Below, one piece after another: positions 50,351 through 62,652 of a stretch of DNA of 64,000 nucleotides. Below the pieces are notes generated by a model. It saw nothing but the letters and a program-made list of their open reading frames with translations, was not told where the DNA came from and did not search any database. Each line of letters opens with the position of its first letter. The stretch's first letter is position 1. A program made the translations under genes and the position numbers. Source of the DNA: Callorhinchus milii (taxonomy: Eukaryota); assembly GCF_018977255.1 (NCBI RefSeq), contig NW_024704743.1:39496001-39560000 (forward strand). The letters are read 5' to 3'.

Positions 50351-50507
50351 GGTGTTCACTTGGAACACGTGAGAGTAGTTTGGTGTGATTCATTATTATT
50401 TTCATCCTTCCCCCTCAATAGAGTTATTTGTTTAATTTGAAGAAGCCTATGTTGAGCTGTAACGTGGCCATCTTCTGTATCAGGTCTGGAAGATAACGCA
50501 GGACAGT
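50351..50507 (-). other. Candidate 157-nt exon (UTR or lncRNA-like)
   Basis: Acceptor TTCTGTTTTTTAG and donor ACC/GTGAGT; all three frames contain stops, though an internal ATG frame (MKIIMNHTKLLSRVPSEH) runs to the donor. Confidence 0.35.
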
Positions 50508-50979
50508 CTAAAAAACAGAAACGATCGGATGATTTTCTGAAATTCCTGTACTAAAGGAATCATGTAAAATTTTGTGCATGCTGGTGCTGGTTCACTATAT
50601 TTGAATATTCACGTGTTTTGTTGTAAAGCTAGTAACAATACAACATCAAGATGAAACATGTATTTGAGAACTGAATGAACAGCATTGGATATTAGGAAGG
50701 CAACACCAAACAATTTGAAAGGCTCCAGACAGGCTACCTTGATTGATGCAGCAGAGTGGAATACAGAGTACTTGTGTTTCAGCATATATCAGGCAGCAAT
50801 TCGTGATTGGGAAACACAATGTGACTGTCTACACTCTGCACCTTTCGATCAAGCCGCACTTTAGCTTTCCTTCTTCCTGTTTAATGCTAGTCTTTACCCT
50901 TTTCATTTAGGATGTCTGGCATACCAAATTAATTTAGCAAATTGCTTAGCAGGTCAAATGTCATTTTGTCTGTTGTACA

Positions 50980-51310
50980 CGTAACACGCTGTTTTGCCTC
51001 TCTGCACTGCCCTCTGCTGACAATACTGCACTTCAGCATTCCCGCAAAACAGATTTAGCCTATAACAATCCCTAAAAAAGGCAATTCTTGTGACGTGTCA
51101 CTTAATAAAAGTTTGAGCTGTTTGAGCAAATAGATCGTAAACGACCAGGATATCAACAACCTCAGACCCCCACCTGCTCTCAGTGCCGCACCTTCCTGTG
51201 GGTTGGTGGGAGATGAGGGGGGGTGCAGGCCCCGTGAGGGAGCCGCGGAAGAGGAGAGGCAACCTTAACTCACTGTGATTATCTCACGTCCCCTCGGGAA
51301 ACGAGGTGAG
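50980..51310. promoter_or_regulatory. Putative CpG-enriched promoter region
   Basis: Local GC/CpG rise; ETS-like CGGAAG at 51246-51251; E2F-like TTCCCGC near 51039-51046; splice donors on both strands (+ GAG/GTGAGA at 51305; - AAG/GTGCGG at 51192 and ACA/GTGAGT at 51274). Confidence 0.45.
51005..51023 (-). promoter_or_regulatory. Candidate CTCF site
   Basis: TTGTCAGCAGAGGGCAGTG closely fits the CTCF core (CCAGCAGRGGGCR). Confidence 0.5.
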
Positions 51311-51311
51311 A

Positions 51312-51411
51312 GAGTGAGTGTGATTGTGTGACTGTTTGTGTGTGTGTCTGCGTGTGAGTGTGTGTGTCTGTGTGTGAGTGTGACTGTTTGTGGGTGTGTG
51401 GGTGTGTGTGT
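51312..51411 (+). repeat. Degenerate (TG)n microsatellite
   Basis: Interrupted TG runs over about 100 bp. Confidence 0.9.
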
Positions 51412-51526
51412 CCTAAATACTTGACACACAGGGAGGTTGACATTTTTTTGTATTTGCAAAGCTCCTCCACATTGCACATCTATTGTATTATGCACCGTAA
51501 AAACCTTGTTTTAACATCTGTTGTAT

Positions 51527-51970
51527 ATTAATAATAATAACTGATATGAACTAGCAACGCAGCGGCTTTCACCCTGGGAAGACGTCTCCAAGCGCTTAGC
51601 AGGGTTTCGCTGTAAAGTGTAGTGACTGTGATTTGCAAGCAGCCAATTTTGAGCACAGCGATGTTTCCGCAAACAGCCGCGAGCAGTTTTATCTGTCGGC
51701 CAGGACACCGGGAGAGAGAGAGAGAGAAAAACTCCTTTCTCTTTTTCCTGATCATGCTGTGGGGAGATCTTTGACGTCTGCCCTGAACAAGGCAAGGATG
51801 GGGAGTGAGGTTTAATGACTTTGGCAATACAGCGCTCGCTCTCCCCAGCGCTGTGCTAGAGTGTCGCCTGCACTGTGAGCTCACAGCCCCCCGATTTGTA
51901 GACGGCTTGAACCCACAACTTTCTGACTCGGTGATGAGAGGGTGAGTGATTGAGCCATGGGCTGACACGT
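51527..51970 (-). mobile_element. Diverged, near full-length SacSINE1-like DeuSINE retaining CpGs
   Basis: Head GAGTCAGAAAGTTGTGGGTTCAAGCC, GACGTCAAAGATC, CCCGGTGTCCTGGCC, GCTGTGCTCAAAATTGGCTGC, tail AAGCGCTTGGAGACG. Confidence 0.8.
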
Positions 51971-51984
51971 TTAGCCCTGATCCA

Positions 51985-54010
51985 GGGGTTAATTGTGGAG
52001 ATGAGTGTCCCTAAAATTTTTTTTGAGCCTGGATTTAGTCAGGTAATCACTGAATTGTCATAGTGATATTATGACCTGCTATGCATAGAAAAAGGAATGG
52101 TTGTGTTTCTTTGTTGGAAAAGTATTTGTAACGCAAGTTATTCAAGTACCATTGTATTATTTATCAAAAGGCCATTCACGCCAAAGACTTGGACTTCTCT
52201 GTTGTACTTGATCCTGGGAAGCATTGAGTAAAGAAAATTTCTGCACGTGCATTAAACTGCCGGGAATTTTGTAACTTGTTTGATGAAGACACAAATGAGG
52301 AAGGGGAGTTACTCCTTCATTGCAATGTTCATTGGCTATCAAATGGGAAGGCTCTTGAAAGATTTTGGAATTTAAAAGAAAAAGTACTTACATTTTTGAA
52401 GAAGAGAAAACTTCTTGAAGACTGCAAGCTCATTCAGGATAAAGACTGGCTCAGAGACCTTGCTTTCTTTATGGACATTATTAGGCATCTTAACAACCTC
52501 AATAAACACTTGCAAGGAAAGGAATACCTTTTTCCAACCTCCGTTTAATTTAATTTCAGCTTTCAAGGCCAAACCTAACCTTTTTTTTTGTATGCTTTGT
52601 CTCAAAGAAAACTGGATCACTACTTTCACTCGCAATAGTTACAAAGTGACAGTAACGTCATCATCAATTTTAAAAAATATCAGAACGCGATTTCTTCACT
52701 ACTTAATTCCTTTGATGCCCATTTTCAAGATTTTAAAGAAGACAAAAACAATATAGCACTTTTCACCAACCCTTTCTCTCTTTCAGATTACCGAGGTTGA
52801 ACATTATCAACCAGAAATGCAGTGGAAATTTTGGAACGTAAAAGTCATTTAGCCCTACATAGCAGATTTTAAAGAACTGTGTGCTTCTCCAGTAAGCCAG
52901 GACTTTAAGTCATTTGGGAAATTCATCACTAAGAGTGATTTTCTTAAATTGCATGACCGTGCTCCTTGATATGTGTGCAGATTCAGATCAACCTACTTCC
53001 TGCAAGCTTCCTGCAGCTGAATGTGGACAAGATGAAGGCCATACTCCTTGGTTCCCGGCAACATCGACACTCCTGCAGATCTGAACTCCTCAACCTCCCT
53101 GGGTTCTCCCTCAGACTCACTGAACCAGTGCGCAATCTAGGCGTCCGGTTCGACCCCCAACTGTCTTTTCTTCCCCACATTCGGTCCCTGACCAGGACCG
53201 CCATCCTCCACCTCCATCACATTGCCTGCCTATGGCTGTACCTTACCTCAAATGCAGCCGAAACCCTCGTGCATGCGTTTGTCACTTCCTGACTGGATTA
53301 CTCAAATGCCCTCCTCGCGGGTCTCCCCAGCTCCACTATTTAAAAAATCCAACTCATTCAGAACCCTGCTGCCCGTATGCTGACCTGGAACAAAGTCCAT
53401 ACTCCCATCTCACCAGTTCTGACCAGGTTCCACGGGCTCCCCATCACCGACCGGATCGACTTCAAGATCCTCACACTCGTGTTTAAATCCCTTCACTCCC
53501 TGGCACCTTCCTACCTCTCCGACCTACTTACTCCCCAATCCACCACATGGTGCCTCCGCTTGACTGGCAACAACCTTCTGCTCGACCCTCACACCCTCCA
53601 CCCCAACATCGGAGGCCCCGCTTTCAGCCACTACACCCGAAGCTCTGGAACACTCTCCCTAATTCCCTCTGCCTTGACCCCTCTCTCGTCTTTTTCAAGT
53701 CCTGCCTGAAAACCTTCCTTTACAACCATGCTTACTGCCACCTCACCACCCCCCACCCACCCACCCTAGCTCGGAGTCAGGCTCCGCCACTGTTAAGTGC
53801 TCTGGGACGCTACCCTGCATGGAGGGGGCTATATAAGTGCAGGTTGTTATCGTTTTTTGACATTTTATTGTGAATTTCTTAACAAATGCCTCTTACTTTT
53901 CCAGTAACATTTTTCTTTTCTTTTTAATATTATTAGATTATTTAGTGGCACAGCGATATGTTTTGGGGCGCACACCTTGACACACCTTAGCAAAAGATTA
54001 GCCACGACTG
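51985..54010 (+). mobile_element. Decayed hAT (Charlie/Buster-type) DNA transposon, interrupted by an L2
   Basis: Broken reading frame with D..PAM, KYHCIIYQ, GELLLHCNVHWLSNGKALERFW, WLRDLAFFMDI..HLNNLN..LQGK, F.NPF and F.STY. The right end AAAAGATTAGCCACGACTG is TIR-like and is followed by ATTTAGAG. The left end was not found. Confidence 0.8.
53000..53853 (+). mobile_element. 5'-truncated L2 LINE inserted in the hAT relic
   Basis: SFLQLNVDKMKAILLGS, VRNLGVRFDPQLSFLPHI, RIDFKILTLVFKSLH; second tail subtype. Confidence 0.93.
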
Positions 54011-57000
54011 ATTTAGAGCTATCACATCAATCATTCCCTTCAGACTTTCCAAGCTAAAGTAAATGCATTATGTATGGATGTGTCCTTTGGTAAGTTTCAT
54101 TACTTTGAGTGTCTGTGACCTGCCATGCATTGTGTGCATTTACAAGCCACAGCTCTCTTATGTAATATTTCCCTAACCCTTTGCCAAGGTCTACAAGGAT
54201 GGACTTGTATTGTATTGTATTGTATTGTATTATACATGCATTGAGCTGGTGTTCTCATAAACTTGCTTTCTTGCATTCGATTAGAGGGCTGAACGGACCT
54301 TGATCAGATATTCACTCCCTTCATATTCATGATTAAGAAAATGTTTTGTTCAAAATTCAGAACCCTTGTTAAAAATATGTGATGCTATAACTTATAATGT
54401 GAAGCATTCAGCAATTTATCAATTGCTGCTCCAATTACAACTTCCATCTTATGAATGATACATTTTCAACTCCAACATCCGATAATGAACCCAAGTTGAA
54501 AGTAATGCTCGGTTTACTCTTCAAATCATATAAATATTTCATATTTTAAGTTCCAAGCTGGGCAGAACACACCCACAGAGTTGTCATAGCACATAAGCAC
54601 TGCTAAATGATTTTTTTGCTTCATATCATACTTATAATAGAGATAACAAAATTGAATGAGGAAATGAAGCGAAATAGAGTAGGAACTTGACATTTCCGAA
54701 CTGACAGAAGATTTCAAGCCAGCGCTTTGCTTTCAGGCTAATTTTTGTTCGACAAAATGGATGGATGGAGTGGACTTCGGACCCAAAACAGCTGATGCTT
54801 AAAATCAGCATTGGAAACCTGCTAAAGGTGGGAAAGCAAAATGCCAGCAGTAAAAATGGTATTTGATGGCACTCAGATTCCAATTGTTTTTAGAGAGAAT
54901 TCAGTATTAGATTTGTGAACAAATTTGGTTCCAATTTTAGGTACAAAATTTTAGGTGCAACTCCACAGTGAGGTTGGATGATACATGTATTTATACAACA
55001 ATAGTTTCCATACATACAATTCTGGCTGTAGACCTAAACCCATTGCCCTTACTCTTTCCCTATTGAAATAAATTATTTCAACTGGCTGTGATTAGAGTTG
55101 GGATGTATTGTGGAACTCCCATTGTCCTGTGGTCAGGAGTGCTTGTGACTTCTGGTTGGTGAATGCTGCTTTTTCAACCCAACATGTACTTTTTTTCAGA
55201 AAAAGGGCACAAACAAATAAAATCATTTACATCCAATTATGTTAGTCTGTCTCGAGCCACAAATATCAGTTGTTTGGCAGTCACCCACCATGATGCCAAG
55301 ACATTGACAGTAGAGCTGCCTTTCGTGTATCCATCCAAAATGTTTATTACTATTAACATTTTTGCTCTGGAGGGAGAAAGCCATACCATGGCAAACTGAG
55401 AAAATTCTGAAAAATTGATGATTTAGAAATTAATCTGAAGTTAGCCAATCTTACCCATTTCAGAAATTAGATTGTTTGCTTATTATAATAATAATAATAA
55501 TACTTGCATTTAATGTAGCGCCTTATCTTGTCATCGAGACGTCTCAAAGCATTTCACAGAATATATTATAAAGTCTGTGTATATTGTGGGTGAAATGTTG
55601 TAGCCCATTGTAAATCATTTCCAGGGTCAATACATTGTCACAGACATGTAGGCATTTTCAACCAAGAAGGTAGCCAATGAGTCCAGTGAATCTGTACCAC
55701 TGCTAGTTTTCTTTTCTAAGCCGTGCTTTATTATTAATCCTGCTTTCCAACTTTTCTTGGTCATTTAATAATAATAATCTGTGTATTTGGTCTTTCATAT
55801 CGACAGGAAGCCTCAAAGCACTTCACAGGATTTACTGTAAAATGGAGTGACTGTATTTGAAGGTAAAATGTGGCAGGCCACTGCGCACAGCAATGTCCCA
55901 CAAACAGCCATGCAGTCAGTGACCAATTTTATTTTGGGGGATTGTTTTCGATTAGTGCCATGAGATTTTGAAATCCAACTTTCAGTGTCTTGGGACGTCC
56001 TCCCGAAGTGAAAGGTGCTATACAAATGTAATTTTGCTGTTGTTGTTGTTGTTGTTGTTGTTGAAGAAAGGGACGGCACCTTGCTTTTTAACATCTCATC
56101 TGAAGGTTGGCACCTCCAACCAATGCAGCACACTTCCAGTAATGTATTGTAATGTCAACTTAGAGTCTATGTGAGTTCATATCCCAATGTAGAGTTTGAA
56201 TCAGTATTATTTTTTATGAATGTTGATTTATATTAAAGTGTGGCTAAAGTGACTCATAATTATGAACCAGCTGAGGTTTCACTGCATCTTCAGTAACTGG
56301 AAGGCTGCAGTCAATGCATGAAAGACTAATCCAAGTCAGCTCACACTGTATTGTATGCCGAATGTGTTTGCAGGCATTTTCAATGCCGGTCTTGGTCGAA
56401 TTATATTAACTTTAATTAGTGTAAGTGTGGTGATTTGAAGTATCAAAATGTCCACCAAATGTCTCAGTGTGTGTATTAGTTATGGCCACTGAGCAGCCCA
56501 CATTATCCATCACCCTTTGATGTGGCAGAGCCACTCCACCACGGCAGTCTGACAATCATCTTAAGAAAATAACATGAGTATGCTGAATTTCAATTGCATC
56601 AATGCTCAAAAATAGCACAAATAAAAGGCCTGATTAAAGGAAGTTTGGACCACTAATTGCCAAGCAAATGTTAACATTTCTAAGACCTTCAAAATGCAAA
56701 AGGCCGAAAATATATAATTTAAAAAGTCAGACTGTTAATTTTATGGTATTTGGCAGGAGTGCAAAATAGCCTGTCACTTGTTTCAAGTCGATAGAAAGCT
56801 AACATTTGTTAGTCGGATGCTCCTGACATCGACATTAAAAGCCATTTGAAGAACGTAATAGCCATAATCAACCATCTGCTAATGTAATGCAGTTTTTTAT
56901 TGCCTTCAGATAAACCATTAATGCTTCATTCATTCTTCCTCCAGTATAGATATCTTTATGGGTTTACTGATTTCCTATTCTGCCTTGTCCATAAATAGCT

Positions 57001-57159
57001 TCTGCTCAGTAGATTGAACTTGACTATAATAATGGAACTACAGAAGTGGGCTCTGATTTGTGCTATTTCTTAATGATAGTTTTAAAAAAGGAACTTTTCA
57101 GTACTCCTGCCAACTACAATAATTTATTTCTTGAAGTAAACTATGTTCCTGTGGGCTCA

Positions 57160-57515
57160 TCCACCACTGCCTCTCCCTTCGGGCCACTGAGACCCTTATC
57201 CATGCTTTTATTACGTCCAGGCTTGAGCATGCTCACTCCCTGACCGCTGGACTTCCTAACTCCTCCCTGTGGATTATTCAGAATTCTGCAATTCATGTTC
57301 TCTCGCACACTAACCTCTTTGAGCCTATCACTGTCGTCCTCGTCTGGCTACAAGGATTGAGTTCAAGATCTTCGTCCTCACTGTTAAAGCTCTCCATGGT
57401 CTTGTTCCACCCTGCCTCTGAGAGCTGCTAAAACCATACCAACCCGCCTGCTCCCTCCACTCGACAGGCACTGGCTTGCTTCACGACCCTGCCCTGCCCA
57501 CCCCAGCTTTATTAT
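57160..57515 (+). mobile_element. Decayed L2 fragment
   Basis: ATETLIHAF.TSRL, IIQNSA and RIEFKI.VL..KALHGL motifs. Confidence 0.8.
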
Positions 57516-58659
57516 CTTGGTGTCCAAATCCATGGACAACTCACGTAAATATCTCTGTAAGCAAATCAAGCAAGTCATTCAACCATGATCTAACCTGTGG
57601 AGAACAAAACATGTATTAGAACTTGAAGGTCAATAGTTGAAGAAAAATGCAAATGTATTTAAAAAGTCGAGGAATATCACTGTAGTATCACTGAATGTCA
57701 GAGAAATAAACAAGATTTCTGCCATTTGATAAAGTATCCTCTCAAAGCCCTGCAGAATTTATTGTAAACCTATATTAACTGTCTGTCTAGGCAAATGGAA
57801 TAATAATCCATTCATTTGAAAAAAAGCCTATAGTAAAGGATATATAGTAAAGTGGTGTTACTGTGTATTTTCTGAGAGAAATATAGGATTGCATTTATAC
57901 AGCAAATGTAAAACACTGCTCAGAATAACACATTGGGTGGTAAAAGGTGAGCTAAGAAACAATTATATATGTAATTGCAGATAATTGAAGTACAATTCAT
58001 TATCAAGTATTCCATTATGCTTTGCAGGTATTGATCACACCTTTTATTTTACTTCATGTAATTTCAGTCTGTTCAATGGTGCAGATGAAGTGATCGACTA
58101 CACAGATTATGTGTCACATTTATCATGTGTTTACTGGACTACTGTATGTTCTTACAAATTTATTTCACAGCTATTTGAAATGTACTAGTAACTCAGCACA
58201 GAATTAATGGAGTATGTCATGTACAACAAATTGCGAATCTCTTAAAATAAATAGAACAGTCAAGAAGGGACTGGTTTAAATGCAGGAATCTTTGTATCTG
58301 CATTAATTTTGTGTGAAAGATAACACAAGTGATTAAATCATATGAAACTGGGAACTGGATTTCACCAAGCATACACTGTTGTGTCTGTATTCAATGAAAT
58401 GTAAGGGGAGCTGGTGACATTACCTGATTTATTCATTTTTACAATTTATTCATACCTCTTTCAACACATGGTGACTATCATCCTGTGAGGGGAGAGGGAT
58501 AAGTTGGGTCTCCTTGAGTTGGCTTCAATGTCATGGTGATGTGGTTGACAACTGAATGGTGGAATATACCTCTCTTTGCTAGTCTCCAGTTCCTGAGCCA
58601 GGCGGGTCCGCAGTACTGCAGGGCACTGCTAACGACAGCCCAGCCAGCTTGGCTCATCG

Positions 58660-59320
58660 GCAGGAGTTGGAGCAGCAGACTGGGGTAAGGATTCTTCCCA
58701 CTCAGTTCCTTTTAACTCAGCAAGCCAAAGCCCTATTGGATAGGGTGGTTCTAGCTGGACAAGCAGCAGAAAGTTTGGCAAACAGTTCTCCTAATGGCAA
58801 GCTATTCGGTTTCGTTGGTTAAACTCCAGCAGTACCCAATATACACTCTGGGTCCCGAAATCTTGGTTCTCACTAATAATCTCCAGAATGAGGTAAGCAA
58901 GGTGTGCACTGACATGAAGAGGGTGCACATTCCATTTTTGACAGAGGGAAATTCCATGTGTAAGTGGTATATATCCAGTAAACTCTGGAAACTCATCACT
59001 TCAGCAAAGAGTTATCCAGAGTAGCGAGATCCAACCAGGTCACAAGGGGGCAATGTGGCTGCTGCGGGCACTTGACCAAGGTTAGATGCACATGCTCAGA
59101 TGGATCGCAGAGGCCTCTGGTCTATTGGAGGGCCGCACCGTGGTCTTTCAACCTATCTTAGTAAAGTGGAGTCCCTTATTAGCATTTTGCTTGATTATTG
59201 TGGCTACTTAAGTGATAGTGACAAATTAACCCAAGGTCGAGTTATCAGGAATTTATTGAATGTGGAACTCTCAGTCTGATTTGGATACTCTTAAACATGG
59301 TGATGGATTCCCACATGTGC
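58660..59320 (+). repeat. Family X copy (longest, with extra internal sequence at about 58975-59260)
   Basis: CCCACTCAGTTCCTTTAACTCAGCAAGCCAAAGCCCTA...CTAGCTGGACAAGCAG...CCAGCAGTACCCAA...GGAACTCTCAGTCTGATTTGGATACTCTTAAACA. Confidence 0.7.
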
Positions 59321-59394
59321 TAGATGCTAACCAAAATAAAACATGTACCATCACACCAGGATAGAAGCAGGATAGAATAATTCCTTCAAAAAGA

Positions 59395-59589
59395 AAAAAA
59401 ATGGTCACTTCAATCCACGATTCTTTATGGGACACTGCTGTGCGCAATTGGCTGCTATGTTTCACCCACAAAATATACAGTTAATTCACTTTACAGTATA
59501 TTTTGTGAAGAGCTTTGAGCTTCTTGAAGATGTGATAAGGCGTTATATCAAATGCAAGAATTATTATTATTAGTAGTATTATTATTATA
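59395..59589 (+). mobile_element. 5'-truncated SINE (Deu-like block and tail)
   Basis: GGGACACTGCTGTGCGCAATTGGCTGC...TTATATCAAATGCAAGAATTATTATT. Confidence 0.88.
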
Positions 59590-59761
59590 GAAGCAGCTAT
59601 TGCAGCGAGTGGCAAGTATGTTTAAAGTTACCATTGCAGTGGCTCCATTCAAATTTGCAGAGAGAATATTTGTATGTCGCTATGTCTTGATGTCAATTCT
59701 TATTTGCGCTCTTGCTCTCATTTTTTTCACCACAAAACCAGTCTGTGTTTCGAAGGGAAAT

Positions 59762-60495
59762 ACGTGAGAGGATTATATATTGGAGGAAAGGCTGGAGAGG
59801 ATAGGATTCCTTCCATTGGAACAGAAAAGTTTGAAGCTTGATAGTATAGAGGTTTGGGATAATGAAAGGGTTTAAGAGGATAATAGTGAGGACCCATTTC
59901 TGTTGCGAGGTTACTTCAGGACAAGAGGGCAGGAATTTAAAATAATAACTGGAAGCATGTCAAGGGGCATTAGAAAGAAATAGGGTTGTCAGAATATGGA
60001 ATGAATTATCAGGGTGGCTATTGGAGCAGACAATTTGGCCATTTTAAAGAGAATATATAATGATAATAATAATCCTTGTATTTGATGTAGCGCTTTTCAC
60101 GTCTTCTAGATGTCCCAAAGCGCTTCACAGAATAGACTGTAAAGTGAATTGACTGTATATTTGTGGGCGAACGCGGCAGCCAATTGCGCACAGCAATGTC
60201 CCACAAACGTCATGGATTGAAAATGACCAATTTATTATTGTTTTGTTTTTTTGGAGGTATTATTATTAGGCGTGTGGAGTAAGGAAACTTGCCCAAGGTT
60301 TCGCCCTGCCTGGAATTCAACTCAGGTCTCTCGCTTGCAAAGAATAAACACGTATGGGTGAAGGCTATTGGGAAATGCAGGGAAAGAGCAGGGAATTGGG
60401 ATTAGGATAGATGCCTTTATTGAAGGAGCAAACACCAACACTAATGCAATGTGCCTATTCAATAGTATCCTACTGTGTCACAGGTTTCAATATAG
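59762..60495 (+). mobile_element. Decayed CR1 3' fragment, split by a SINE
   Basis: EERLER.G...LE, RTRG..FK and RVVRIWNEL motifs, followed by a CR1-like 3' UTR. Confidence 0.75.
60056..60340 (-). mobile_element. Young SINE lacking about 30 nt of its head, nested in CR1
   Basis: Near-consensus sequence; possible TSD AGAATA at 60050-60055 and 60341-60346. Confidence 0.92.
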
Positions 60496-62077
60496 TTATG
60501 CATTATCCCTCTAACTGGTACTCCACTCATTTGTTCTGTGGGTTGAAGGTGAAATGCTTAATATAGGCAAGCATCAGGGCCACTATTGTGAGTCAGGGCG
60601 AAGGGTGTTACCCTTGGCCAGCTTTATTACAGACTGGTCTTGTTGGTCATGTTTATCAATGATTTGATAATTATCACTGGTAATAAAACATCACAGCTCA
60701 CAATGTTCACCCTATCGATTGAATACAGTGCTCAACAGAGTGACATATGGCAATATAATACAATACCTTTATATCGCATCTTTTACATTAGAATGGCCCA
60801 AGGCAATAAATAGTCTCAGCCTAAGACCATTTTGTTTTAGCATTTAAGATTGTCCAGAAATGGAGAAAGTAGTTAAATACAGTCTTAATTTGAAAATTGG
60901 TTTTCTGCAGATCTTTGAAAAGAATCGGCATCTAAATTAATATTGAGATGGCGAATTTTCTGCAGTTCCAAGCAATTTTAGTTTTGCAACAGAATTGTCC
61001 TACAGGCTAAGACGATGTATAATTTCAGACCTTGGGAGTACAAACAACTAATTGGACTGGTCATCTAAGCAAAATTAATAAATAAGTTATGAATAAAACA
61101 TCCTTTCATTTGATACAGTGCTCTTCATGTTTGAGGATGTCTTAAAGTACAGTGTAAAGTGAGGGGATGATTCATTTTGTTAGGAAAAGTGTCAGTCAAT
61201 TTATGTGCAGCAATGTGCCACAAACAGCCATGAAGTAAGTGAACAATTGTATCTGGGAGATTGATGGTCAGGAACTGGGAAAAACACCCTTCACGGCCAC
61301 AATGATCCCATGGCAACTGATGAACCTAAAGATTTCGCTATTTGTAAGCACTTTCCACGTTTTTGAGTGAAACTGATATCCCGATAAACAGAATGTTAAC
61401 ATATCATGGGGCACAATTTTCACTATTGAAGGGATAACATAATATGTTACAGATGCCTGAGATGTAGCATTTTAATTTGCATTCCCATGTTGACCACAGG
61501 TCTTTCACCAGCTATGTGCTTGTTGTTTCTGCTTTACACAATCATCAGAAAGCTTACAATTATCAATATTTTTTCATTGTTTTACAATGAGCTTATAACA
61601 TTCAAAAATCCCATTAAATGTATGTATTCCAATTTAATGGTGCATCTCTCTATATCAAAGCAGCATGTTAAAATATATTCCACTTCAGCCTATTAATATT
61701 TTTGTCCACTTGCCCATGATTGGTAGGTTGAAAAATAATATGGTTAAGATAAAATCTGAGCCACAGAAGTATTGCAGAATATTTTGGCAGTGTGTGATGA
61801 TTATAAGTACAGAGGATTAGGTAAGCAGCCATACAATGTTACCATAATTACATGGTGGAGCACAGGGCATGGTCAAATATTTTTATATTCCCACACACCA
61901 GTGAATGTAAAATGCACATCAGTATAAGGAGTCAGATTCAATGCCATATGCAGCACACCCCAACAGGCTGAGACAAATGTTTTAAAATAAGCCAATTACT
62001 TCTGAAATGAATTATCACATCAAATACATTTATTATTTCTGAGTGTTAAAAGGAGCATTGTTTGGCGAAGTAGGTTA

Positions 62078-62652
62078 AAACAACAACAACTTGCATTTAT
62101 ATAGCACCCTTCACACAGGGTAGCATCCCAGAGTGTTTGACAGTGGTGGAGTCTGTCAAGGAGCCAGAGGGAGGTGACTGTAAGCACGATCAAAAAGAAA
62201 GGTCTTTATGTGGGATTTGAAGGTGGGATGGCAGGGGCAAGGTGGAGGGATTGAGGGAGAGAGTTCCAGAGTTTTGAGGAGTAGTGGCTGAAGGCACAGC
62301 CATCGATAGTGGGGCGGAGGAGACGAGGGACAAACAGGAGGCCGGAGCTAGCTGAACGGAAGTAACAAGTGGTGAAGTAGGGGGCTAGCAGGTTGGATAG
62401 GTAGAGAGGTGCGAGGGCATGACGGGATTTAAAAACAAGTGAGAGGATCTTGAAATCGATCCGTTCGGTAATTGGGAACCAGTGGAGCCTGGCAAGGACG
62501 AGTGTAATAGGGGTACGGAGTTTTGTGCGGGTGAGAATCCAGGCAACAAGAGTTTTTAATTAATTGAATTTTGTGTATGGTGGAGCTGGGGGAGCCCAGC
62601 CAAGAGGGATTTGGACTAGTCCAGCCGGGAATGTGACAAAGGCGTGGACGAT
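62078..62652 (-). mobile_element. L2 LINE 3' fragment (second tail subtype)
   Basis: VHAFVT.RLD.S, LARLHWFPITERIDFKIL, AFSHYSSKLWNSLPQSL; tail GCTATATAAATGCAAGTTGTTGTT. Confidence 0.92.

Noticed and set aside
50351..50405. SRVPSEH peptide reminiscent of the MAP3K7CL N-terminus
   Set aside because: Too short a resemblance, and no downstream exon with the expected coiled-coil sequence was found.
52276..52548. Domesticated ZBED/GTF2IRD2-like gene
   Set aside because: The reading frame is broken on both sides, conserved motifs are altered and an L2 interrupts it.
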